Part shown: piece after piece, positions 18,128 through 28,700 of the stretch
Layout: every line of letters begins with the position of its first letter
Position numbering within the stretch: position 1 is the stretch's first letter
Source: a virus
Strand: one strand, 5' to 3'
Length of the DNA stretch: 64,000 nt
IMG/VR virus record: IMGVR_UViG_3300028388_003025
Coordinates: 15,121 to 79,120 of that record
Notes under the pieces: model-generated
What the model was told of the DNA's origin: nothing
Seen by the model: the letters and a program-made list of their open reading frames with translations, nothing else
The model's database searches: none
Program-made: the position numbers and the translations under genes

Positions 18128-18844
18128 ATGGGTTACAACTTTTCTAGGGAAGCACAGTTAAGGGAATTAGACAGATTAAAAGCCCCTCTAGTTGGTAAGG
18201 ATGTCGTAATTGAGATTCACGTACCGACAGACGCTGCTGGAAATCCATCCACAACTGGTGGAACTACAATGATTTACAAGGGACAGTATACAGACGTTAG
18301 TAGATATACCAACTCTCGTATTGTTGAATATGTTGAGACTGGGTATTCTACTCCGCTTAACATTGCAACAAACTATAGTTTTGGTGGAACGCTTGCTAAG
18401 GGTGACGTTGATGATGTTTTATCTCAAATAGCATTTGGTACTACAAAATTAACAAGATCTGGTGGACGTTTATTTAATAGTCCTGGCGATGCAGGAAACG
18501 ATGTTCCTCCAACAGAAACTATTCTTGATGGTGATAGACCATATCTTACAAACGCTACTGCGTATGACAACTGGCAAAGATCTTCACAGTCAGCAATGAC
18601 TATCAATCCTTATATCTTAAAGATATTTAAGGCTTATACTGGTAGTGCAGGTGAAGATACTGTAAGGTCTGGAACCCCATCTGGCGGAGAGTCAATTGAT
18701 TTCTCTAAAGATTATGGTAGGGTTCATATCTATGAAGAAGTAGTATTCTCAAACTTCAGAGCAGTTTCAAATGCTGGATCAGACATATCAACTCACGTAG
18801 TTGATTGGTATGCATCTGGTTGGGAAATACAAGAACTAGCTTAA
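18128..18844 (+). CDS. Tail tube protein
   Basis: Directly after the sheath gene; SD aaggagg; beta-rich. Confidence 0.7.
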   Translation: MGYNFSREAQLRELDRLKAPLVGKDVVIEIHVPTDAAGNPSTTGGTTMIYKGQYTDVSRYTNSRIVEYVETGYSTPLNIATNYSFGGTLAKGDVDDVLSQIAFGTTKLTRSGGRLFNSPGDAGNDVPPTETILDGDRPYLTNATAYDNWQRSSQSAMTINPYILKIFKAYTGSAGEDTVRSGTPSGGESIDFSKDYGRVHIYEEVVFSNFRAVSNAGSDISTHVVDWYASGWEIQELA

Positions 18845-18850
18845 TAACAT

Positions 18851-18898
18851 ACCCGGCAAGCCTCTTGATAATGCTCAAATGTGCCGGGTTTTGTTTTG
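18851..18898 (+). terminator. Intrinsic terminator-like hairpin with a large loop (possibly a skipping-rope-like RNA motif)
   Basis: ACCCGGCA-agcctcttgataatgctcaaatg-TGCCGGGT followed by TTTGTTTT. Confidence 0.65.
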
Positions 18899-18925
18899 TC
18901 AACACATGACTATTTTATTCAACGC

Positions 18926-18954
18926 TTGCGTTACTGAATAATTAATTATATAAT
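18926..18954 (+). promoter_or_regulatory. sigma70 promoter TTGCGT-17-TATAAT
   Basis: TTGCGT 18926-18931, TATAAT 18949-18954, upstream of the chaperone gene. Confidence 0.6.
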
Positions 18955-18987
18955 TCATTCATATTAAAATACATGGAGGAATTACTT

Positions 18988-19335
18988 ATGGCAGAAGAAA
19001 AGAAGACAGCAAAGAATCCGGTTATAGAATTACCAATAAGCAAGAAGAAGATAGAGCTACGAATAGCAACTGGTAAGGACGAGGTCAAGGCTAACAATGT
19101 TAAGCCTATAAAGGCTGGCGATCCAGAATCTTATGTTGCAAATAGACGTGCCTTGCTTTGCTCTACTGTTGTATCTGTTGATGGTGAAGCTGTTGCTTTT
19201 GTTTCTGATAATCTTGACGAGTTACCGCTTAGAGATAGAGGCGTTCTAGAAACTGCATACCAAGCAATCAATGAAGTAACTGAGCAAGACGAATCTGCAG
19301 TTAAAGAGGTAGTTAACCCTTTTTTCGGAAAGTAG
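18988..19335 (+). CDS. Tail assembly chaperone (gpG-like; start probably ATG 18988)
   Basis: SD ggagga 7 nt before ATG 18988; between tube and tape measure genes; IELPIS...LRIATGKDE...LDELPLRDR pattern; ends at a slippery site. Confidence 0.8.
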   Translation: MAEEKKTAKNPVIELPISKKKIELRIATGKDEVKANNVKPIKAGDPESYVANRRALLCSTVVSVDGEAVAFVSDNLDELPLRDRGVLETAYQAINEVTEQDESAVKEVVNPFFGK

Positions 19336-19778
19336 TCGTAATCGGGGATGTCGCTGGTTTCGGCTTAAGTGAAATACTAGACCAAAGTTTAAAAACAATA
19401 GAGAGCTTATACATAGCTTCTGTTGACTATGGTAATCTTGAAGGCAAAGGTCAACAACAAGAAGCTGAGCAATCTCCTGAGAATGTCATAGACGAAGCAA
19501 TCCTTGCTGGTGATATAGTAAAGATAAAAGACGGCGATCCTGATGTTGAAAAAGAAATAAAGAAATGCATCGATAGTTATGAGAATTTAGGAATAGAAGT
19601 TGATCAAAAGATGCGCGAAGAAATATCTAAGAAGTTTTACTATAGATCATCTAACCCAGATGCCAACATGATAGTAGGAACAAGCATGACTCTTGCAGAA
19701 CTTAAGTCACAAACTCCTGTTATAGATAATAAGGAGAACTTTGAAGCAGGTAAAGCACAGGTTCAAGCACATAATTAA
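19320..19778 (+). CDS. -1 frameshift extension of the tail chaperone (gpGT-like); not in ORF track
   Basis: AAC CCT TTT TTC at 19315-19326 contains C CCT TTT / T TTT TTC; the -1 frame is open for 152 codons (FFRKVVVIGDVAGFGLSEILDQ...QAHN*) to TAA 19776-19778. Confidence 0.85.
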   Translation, partial: FFRKVVVIGDVAGFGLSEILDQSLKTIESLYIASVDYGNLEGKGQQQEAEQSPENVIDEAILAGDIVKIKDGDPDVEKEIKKCIDSYENLGIEVDQKMREEISKKFYYRSSNPDANMIVGTSMTLAELKSQTPVIDNKENFEAGKAQVQAHN

Positions 19779-19793
19779 TGCTATAATTAACCC

Positions 19794-22700
19794 ATGGCTT
19801 TTGATAATATCGATGAACTTCAGTTACGCCTGCAACAACTTGAGGGCAAGATATATGGCGGCACAAGTGGCGAAGACATATTAGATCTTTTTGAAGAGAA
19901 GGAAGAACTTGAAGGAAAGCTAGCGCGTGCAAAGTCTTTTATCTCAAATACGACTGACTCTGATTATCCAAATCTATATTTAGAAAATACTATATACGAT
20001 CAAAACAAAGCAAATCTGCAGAAGATGATCTCACAGCAGGAGACAGAACTAATTCATGCTGATAATTCTTTTAAGTCAGAATCATATAAAGAATTTTTAA
20101 GAAAAGATATTTCCACAAAAAAGAAAACTATAGACAAGATGATGGGCAAGAGCGTTCCACTAACAAAAGAGTTTAGTAATTTTTATGGCGAAGACATTTC
20201 TATAAAAAATAAAACACATTCATTAATAGATACGCACGGAATAGGCAGGGCCTATCAAAGGTTTCTTAAAGATATGGAAACTGGAAAGGTCTCAAAAATA
20301 GATTCTGCTACTGGGATTGCATATGATAAAAACATGCTAACTCCTGCAGACATATTTAAAGATGCAAGATCTGCGCTTGCTGGAGCTGTAACTAACATGT
20401 CTGGCAAGAATGATGACATTGTCCCAATAATAATGGCTAGATCAAATGCATTTGATTTAGCAACTATAACAGAGGCTTTTACTGACCCGTATTCTAAGCA
20501 ATCAAGAATGGTCGACATGATAAGAGATGGTAGCGTGAAGCTAGCTGGCGATCCAATATTAGTTAACAAGTTATCTTTATACAACGCAAACAAGCTTGAA
20601 AGGCTTAATGATACTGAGATAGAGTTCTTCAGAATGATGGAAGGGAATAGGTTGAAGTTTACTCCTATCGGAGCCAGGGCTGCAATGTTTCCTGAAGGCA
20701 GAGCAACATATGTCAAGAATAGAATAACAAAAGGGAAAAATATATCAGCAATAGGATTGTCTAGACTAAGGGGGTTAGACAGCGCTGCATCATTTTCTGG
20801 CGCGTCAAATATAATCGACGAGTCGGTGACAGCCTATAACGAAGTATTTAAATACATTGCAAATAATTTCTTTGGCAACGTTGGCGCAAAGGTTGAAAGA
20901 GTTGATAGGCTTTTTGACGAAATATTTTATGGCAATCCAGAAGATGGGGCAAAAAGATTAACGAAGTTTATATCCAGAGAAAGCATTGCCCAGCCAATAA
21001 GAGAGAAGATAATTGAATCAATATATGGATACAAGCCATCTAAGAGACAAATAAGGGCTGAATATAAAAGCATATCAGAGGCTGTAATATCCTGGGTTAG
21101 AGGAGAAAGAGTATTTCCAAATACAAAAACTATAGGGACAGGATCTGAGCCAGGCAAGCAGTATATAACTGGAGATTTCAGGACAGTAATGTCTAGGTCA
21201 GCAATGAGAAAGAAAGCTACACAGAAGTTTATACCTACAGGTCACGACATGAGAGCGTTTATTAGCGCTAGAGAGTCGCAGCTTATAGAGAAAAAATTCC
21301 TGCTAAAAGAAGATAAGTGGAGTTTGTGGACTGGAATATTTACTAAAGATACTGACGAGATAAAAGAGGTTACTCAAAAGATATTAAAAGAAGAACCATA
21401 TGCTGCTCTTGGTGGTGGATTCAAATCGGCAAATAGAACTATAAACGAAATAATAAGAGCTTCATTCATGGCGGAGTCATCGCTAGACATTGACGAAGCT
21501 AGGGATATATTCCTTGCCAGCAGAGCTGCAAACTACTCTCAAGATAGTAAGAAGTTCGCTTCATATGCAAGAAGAACAAGAAGCATGGGATACGATGATT
21601 TCGTTTCTATGTCAGAAAGATTTAGAACATATAGAGGTCGCGGGGATTCATTAAGAAATTTACAAAGACTAACCCTTCAAGGCTTTAGAAATATGAATTC
21701 ATTAGAGTCTTCTGCTAAATCATATGGTTATGATGCGCTTATAAGTAGAATAGCAAAAAGTTTAGATAGAGATTTAATATTAAAGACAACAGAGTCAGAC
21801 GTAGGAATGGATATACTTGATAGTGTGAAAGGTATAAACCTTAGACAAGCTGCAGTTGAGCTGCTTTATGATCAACTGTCAGCATCTGGAGTGTCATTAA
21901 AGAATGTTAAGTCAAAGAGGGCAGAGCTTTCAAAGACAACATTGCACGGCATGATAAACCCACTACTGCTTAGAGACAGGGGAACGAATAGATTTGCTGG
22001 AAGAATGTTGTTCGATATTCCTGACAGGGCCGCAGGGCAGGTTGGTGATTTTGCTTCTGAATATTTAAAGATATTTAAAAACAACCCTGGATTATTTTCA
22101 TCAATGATGGATGTGTCTGGCTTAAACTTAATGGCGCAGCCAATGAACAAGGCTGGCGGTTTTACAAAACAGAATATAAACATGCAGCTTAACGATGCTA
22201 AGGATTTTATTTCAAAGTTTATTGATCCATCATCTGGTAAGGCTAGGCAAAATATGACGTCTAGAGACAAGGTTATGTATCGTATGTTCATAGGCCAAAG
22301 TGGATCACAAATGATTGAAGACATAGATAAATATAAGCAAAGCCTTTCTGAGGCAAGGCCAGCAATAAATGATATTGTGGCAAATGCAAATAGAAATAAT
22401 AAGCTAAAAAGAATAATGACAAATCTATCTTCAATCGATAAGGCTGATCTAAACAGGATAGATTCGACATATTCTGAAATGGTTGACAACATGAAGCTTC
22501 AGGTATCACTGCTTGGTGGCGACCCGAATTCAAAAGAGTATTCAGATTTTATAGTTGATGAATCTGCGCGGGCATTAAACAGAATAGTAATGGGTTCTAA
22601 CATGGACAATATATTTACTGCCAAGCTAAAGATGGTGCTTGATGAAAACGATTTAAAGGTTGGCAATAGGCTTGACGTTAGACGAAACACATATAGCAAT

Positions 22701-25700
22701 CTTAGGGATAAAAGGCTAATAGGTTTTGACTTAGAAACACACGGAACAAAATATTCTCAGGGCGACGTTTACCAATTTGGAGCTACAGTAAGAAGAAAGG
22801 GAAAGACTACTAACTTTGCCGTAACATTGCCATTCACGTTTAAGGAAGGCGGGAAGAGTTCTGCACTTGTTGGGGCATACACTGGAACACAAGGGCCATC
22901 AAAGAAAGATCTTAGAAGATTAAGATCATTAAACAAATATATATCTGGACTTGATCCAGATCTAGCTGGAACATATTTTGCAGCTTACAATGCAGAGTTC
23001 GACTTAAAGAAGCTAGACTCCTGGATAAATGCTGTCGAGGGTTCTGCAGATGGACTTACTGCTGACCCATACTATCAAGAGTTAAAGAAGTTTCAGAAGT
23101 TTGTTGGCAGAGCCACTAGAAGAGGGAAGACAATCGATGTATTTGATGTTGTAAAAAATGTCAGCATAAATGACAAGTCATTTAGGACGTCTACTTCTCT
23201 ATCGCAAACAAAGGTAGCGTCAATGCTTGGCATAATGTTCTCTAATGCTCATGACGCTGGTGCAGACACGAAGGCAATGATAGATGTTTTACTTGAGCTA
23301 GAAAAGAAACATGGGAACTTGTTTTCATATGGTGCACATAAGGGGAATAGATTTGTTGGCTCGGTAGAAGCTGGGGCAGGCTTCCTAGGAACAATGACAA
23401 AGATGTATGACATTGCAGATGAAGTTGCTAAGAGGCATGGGTCAAGCAATTACGAAAGAAGGCAATTCATAAAGATGATTGAAAAATCAGCTAGGTCAAC
23501 AATGACAAAAGCTGTAAGGATTGTGTCAGAGAAGTCTATGTTCGAGCACGGCAGAGGCGCCAATGTTGGCGACAGCGTGATGGATATGACCAAGGCCAGA
23601 AGGGTAGAGGTTGCACCAGAATCTGTTGGCGCAATAAAGGAAATGCTTATTGATATAGCGAGTATAGACAATAAAGATTCCTTTAGAGCTCTATTAGACA
23701 GGGGCTTCAATAGTGGGGTTAACAAGCTTTATCAAAAGGCGTACCAACTGGTAGAGGGTGATAGAGAAGTTGTTAGCCTAATGAAGTATCTGCCTACTAG
23801 AAGAACAAAAACAAGTAGCAGTCAAGTAATACAAGAAGTGGTTAAGAGGATAAGATCTGGAGCATTAACCAACACAAGGCAAATAAAGGGTGCAATGCCT
23901 AGGATTATATTTGATCTATACCTTGAAAGCATAAAGCCAAAGAAGGAATTAAGGGCGACACAGTCATTTATAAAAGGTTCATACACAGTAATGAAAGGTA
24001 TTGGCAACTCAATAATGCGACGCGGAATCCCGACAGACGCAGAGGTGGCAGAGAATGTCAGAGCCCTTAGGGCCAATAAGGCTTACTCATATATATATAA
24101 AACTGCTGGAGATATAGAAGACAGGCTAATGGCTGCTTCAAGAAAGTATATAGAACCAATAACAGAAACAATAATGAAGCCTATCAATTTCTTTGCTGAT
24201 AAGGAGTATGAAAGATTCGTTTCCTCTAAAGGATTTGGGAAGATAGACGATTTACTATCAGCATCTGGAAGCGCTGATGATATGCAGAAAGTTTTAGAAC
24301 ATAGAGCTAGACTACATAGGAACGCTTTTAAATACAAACATATAAACACTGCATTCAAGGGAGTGAAGAGTGGACTTGGTAAAGTTGGTAGAGTGATTGG
24401 GCTTGGTGGAAAGCTAGGATTAAATATTCTAGACGCATACCAATTTGCAGATTCTGTATCAATGTTGTTTGGAAAGTCTGTGCACTTAAAGGGAATGCGC
24501 CCTGTACTTATAGATTCTAAAGAGGCGGCTAGACATGCCGTTATGTCTGGTGCGTATGAAAGCGAAAAAGACTTTAATGCACAGAGAATATATGGAGCAT
24601 TTTGGACAGCAAAAGGAATAAAGATGGGCGGCACAGGCGTTAACATATTCCTAAGAGGAGCAGGCAAAGGTTTAGCCAAGGGAGCCCTAAAAGGTCTTGG
24701 TAAAAAAACAATATCAAAATTCGGTATAGGTGCTGGGCTTGCTATGATACCAGTCGTAGGCCCATTTTTAGCTGGTGCATATGGTATTGCAATGGGAATA
24801 TCAATGGCTATAGACATTGTTGGCCTTGGCCAAATGTTCATGGGTGGCCAAGGCTTTTCTACTCTAGATATATTTAGGACAGCTACAGCATATAAGTATG
24901 ATTCACTAGGTCGAGAGTACACAACTAGGGAGTGGTCTCTCTGGGCAAAGATGCGTGGTCACACTGCGCCTGGATATGCCGACGACTCTTCAAGCGGTAT
25001 AAAGCTGCTTGGTGCAGCAGCAGCAATAGCTGCATTCAATGCTCATGGATCAATGCGTACACATAATGTCTCTGATATAGAAGACTTAATGGGTGCTACA
25101 GCAAAAAGAGCATTGATAAAAGACCAGTCAAGCGCACTGCTTAATAGCCTAGAACAAGTTTTCAAAGGGGGAGTCGAAACAAAAGACAAGAAAGCTTTTA
25201 GGTCAATGTTAATTGATACACAGCGTCGCCTAAAGAAAGAGGTAGCAACAGGATTAATACCTGAATTTGAAGGTACCTCAATAAGGCGTCAGTTAGTTAA
25301 AATAAACAGGATGCATAAAGCTGGGTATGAAGGGGGCACAGTTAGCGCTGAGCTAGTAAGAACACTTGCCGATGCTAAATATTACATGATGTTCGATAAA
25401 TACAGAGGCATGAGCATCAAGCAGCGAGACTCGTTGAGACAAGTAATGTTCTCTGAAGATCTAAAGCCTTATCTAAACGAATATAAGCATGCATTGTCAA
25501 TGTCTGTTAACTATCTAACATCAGGAAGTGAAGGAAAGATAGCAGATATATTTAAAGATAATAATATGCTTGGCGAAGTAGCCTCAATTATTGGCAAGCG
25601 TGGAGACAAGAGAATAGATTCTAGTTCGTATGAACATATGGTAGATCTAGTTAAGTCTCAGTTAAAGGCAAAGACTGATAAGTTACAGAGAGTTCAAAAC

Positions 25701-28700
25701 TTAGCAACTCAAGGCAATGTTGGCTATGAGGCAAACTTACTGAGAAAGGCATACATAAGTTCTGGGTTTTATAAGTCAGATGCAGTTAAGCAATTAAAAG
25801 GAACTATAAACCTTTATGATATGACTGGCGAGTTTGGCAATCCAGGAGAATTTAAACGCTTTGTTAGTCAGTATAAAAACGTTAAGACTGCAGGGAAATG
25901 GCTTGCAACTAGTCTGTGGTTCACTCCAGTAGATAAGCTTGCTGAAGCATATTATATTGGATCGCTACCTGAAGAAGACAGAGATGAAAGGCAGAGAGCC
26001 GCTGCTGCAAAGATAATGACGTTTGGCCCACTACAGGGATTCAATGTTCTAACTGCTGGGGCAAATAAGAATTCAAGCATTCAGACTGTAATGATGAATA
26101 TGGATGCTGTTGAGGGTGTAAAGAATCCATTAGTTGGCATAATGATGTCATTTTACTTTGGCCAAAATAATGACATATATTCAAAGAGCTCAAGATATAA
26201 GTCAGGGCCATTCAAGGATGGAGGAATGCTTAGTGGGATTAAGTTAGCTACTGCAGAGGCGCTTAATACAGCAGCAACAACTACGCTTGTTGTTAAGGGT
26301 GCGGAAGTTGCTGGTGACTTTCATACTTCTAAACTATCAAAGCTAGACAATCCTACTGTATTGCTTTCATACCACAAGAACCGTATGCACTCATTTTATT
26401 CTGAAGGAAGCAATGTTAAGAAATTGAGATCACAGATAATAAAACTAAAACAATCAATCGTTGAAGGAAAGGTTGATGGAGGAGAATCTAAGAAGATAAT
26501 TAAATATTATGACAAGATGATAGCTGACTTAGATAATTTAGATTATTCAAAATTCAAGAAAGCAATTGATAAAGACTTTGCACAGATGACTGATATGATA
26601 AAGACTAGGTATAAGGATGCGAATGAACATATATTAACAAGCACTTTCAAAGAGAACATGGATGATAGTACGAAGTATATGTCGTCTTTCTATAAGTCAT
26701 TTACAATTAGAACAAGACCAGAGGGCATGCCATCTACTACCGCTACAATAATGACACAAACTATTATGAAAGGCTTAGGCCTTTCGCCTAGAGATAATCA
26801 AGCAATTAATGCTGCATTCAATTTAGGCAGCATGGCATATATGGCGCTAGCATCTGCGACAATAGCTAATGCTAATTATGGATACGACACGTATGCTACG
26901 AATGCTTATATAGATGGATTAAAAGCCTTGCATTATATGGAAGAAAATATTGCTGGAGATATAGCAAATATTCCTCTTGCAAACTTGCCAATGAATTTAA
27001 GAAAGTCACTAGGCTCATTTTTAGATGAGAGAACCAGAGAGCTTAATAAAAGCAGAACAGGAAAATTGTTAAGGCTACCTGGAATTAATAAGTCACAAAT
27101 GTTCTGGCAGGACGTAATGGGCCTTGGTCTATCAAGGGGCAATAAGAAACTTACAACAATGCAAGCTGCAACTAGAGCTGGTTATACTAGAGAGCAGGTT
27201 TTAAAAATGATCGCCCAGTATAGATCAGAAGCTCTAATGTCTCCGACCAAGAAGGTTTTATCGTATTCTGCAGAGGAAGGTAAGTTGTCTAAGCTTGGCA
27301 TTGACAATAAGATGAGGAAAAAGTTAGGCCTTGATGAATATACTTTGGATAAGATGGAAAAGCTTGCGCAGTCAGGATTGATTTCAGATCCAGGAACCTT
27401 TGTTAATAAGCGCGCATTGTTTTCATTACAGAAGAAGAAAGTCCACGGAAGCCTAACCTTCGCTGAAAAGAAATTGTATAGGGAACTAGTTGGTGCGTAT
27501 ACTGGCGGAGTAAGACAATATGAAGGTTATGAGAAGTTGTTTTACAAGCCAAGATATGGACTAGAAATGTTTGCAAAAGAGATTGAAATAAATAGCATAT
27601 ACTCAAATGCAGTTAACCCAAGCGGAAGTCTAGACTTTGCTTCGCTTCTTCAGGACGCAAGCATTAAAGAGCAACAGACATTTATGAATACAAATATGTG
27701 GACGCCGCTTCAAGATGACAATACTTCGCTTGCAGTTGAAGGCCACAAAAACTTTGTTGTTTTGTCATCACTTGCATTGTCTCGTGATCCAGACTTTAGA
27801 AAAAGATTTGAGAATATATCAAAGAAATACAACGTGGTAACTGGAACAACTGGCAAGGGTGGAATGAGAGACGCAATAAACATAGCCTCTTTCCTAATGC
27901 ATAAGAAAGGCGATTATAAGGGAGCTGCAGATATATCAGACAGGTTCTGGTTTGGAGATGCGAATAGAGCCGTTGAAGAAGCTAGGATGTTTAATCTTGG
28001 CAGTGAATACCACGACCTATGGAAGTCACAAATGAATGACGCAGAAGCTATGCGTAAGACATTATCTGATTCTGAGTTCTATGATTTTATGGTTGAGTCA
28101 TCTACATATATTGCATCTAAAGATAAAGCGCTAGCAAATTTCTTCGTTGGTTCAGATGACAAAATGCTTAAAGAGGTTAAGCGCCGAATGTTCTTTAAGT
28201 TCGGTGAAGACAAGAAGTCAATGAGGATAATGGAAGACCCAGTAACTGGCAAGGTAATATTTAAACCAGGCGGACGAAAGACGAGAAAGAGATTCGTATT
28301 CGATAGGCGTAGAAATATATTTAAAAACTATAGCTACTCAAGCGGGTTTAATGGCGCTGGGTTTAAGCCAGATAGCTATCATAACAAGATGGTTCAGGCA
28401 TACCTCAAGATAGATGAGAACTTGCTGTATACTGCACAATCATATGTTATAAGCCTAGATAAGGACGATGTAGTTCCGAAAGAAATGAAAAATGCGCACA
28501 TCGTAATCGAGCAGGGCAACGCAGAACACTCTCTTGCCTTTAATCCGGAAACAAATGAATGGCATGTTCAGGTAAGAAATATAGACCCACAACTAAACTA
28601 TGAAGAAAAGAACAGGTTCTTTACTCGCCACAACTATAAAAAACAGCTTACTGCTGAAGCGAAAACTCTTGTATCTATGAAGACAGATTTACAGGAGCTT

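Noticed and set aside
24083-24922. 279-aa minus-strand ORF, and the many other minus-strand ORFs in the track (e.g. 21872..22492, 13559..14032, 54013..54498, 56156..56587)
   Set aside because: They lie antisense to well-supported + strand genes, are rich in S/L/I/F as expected for shadow frames, and show no motifs or SDs.
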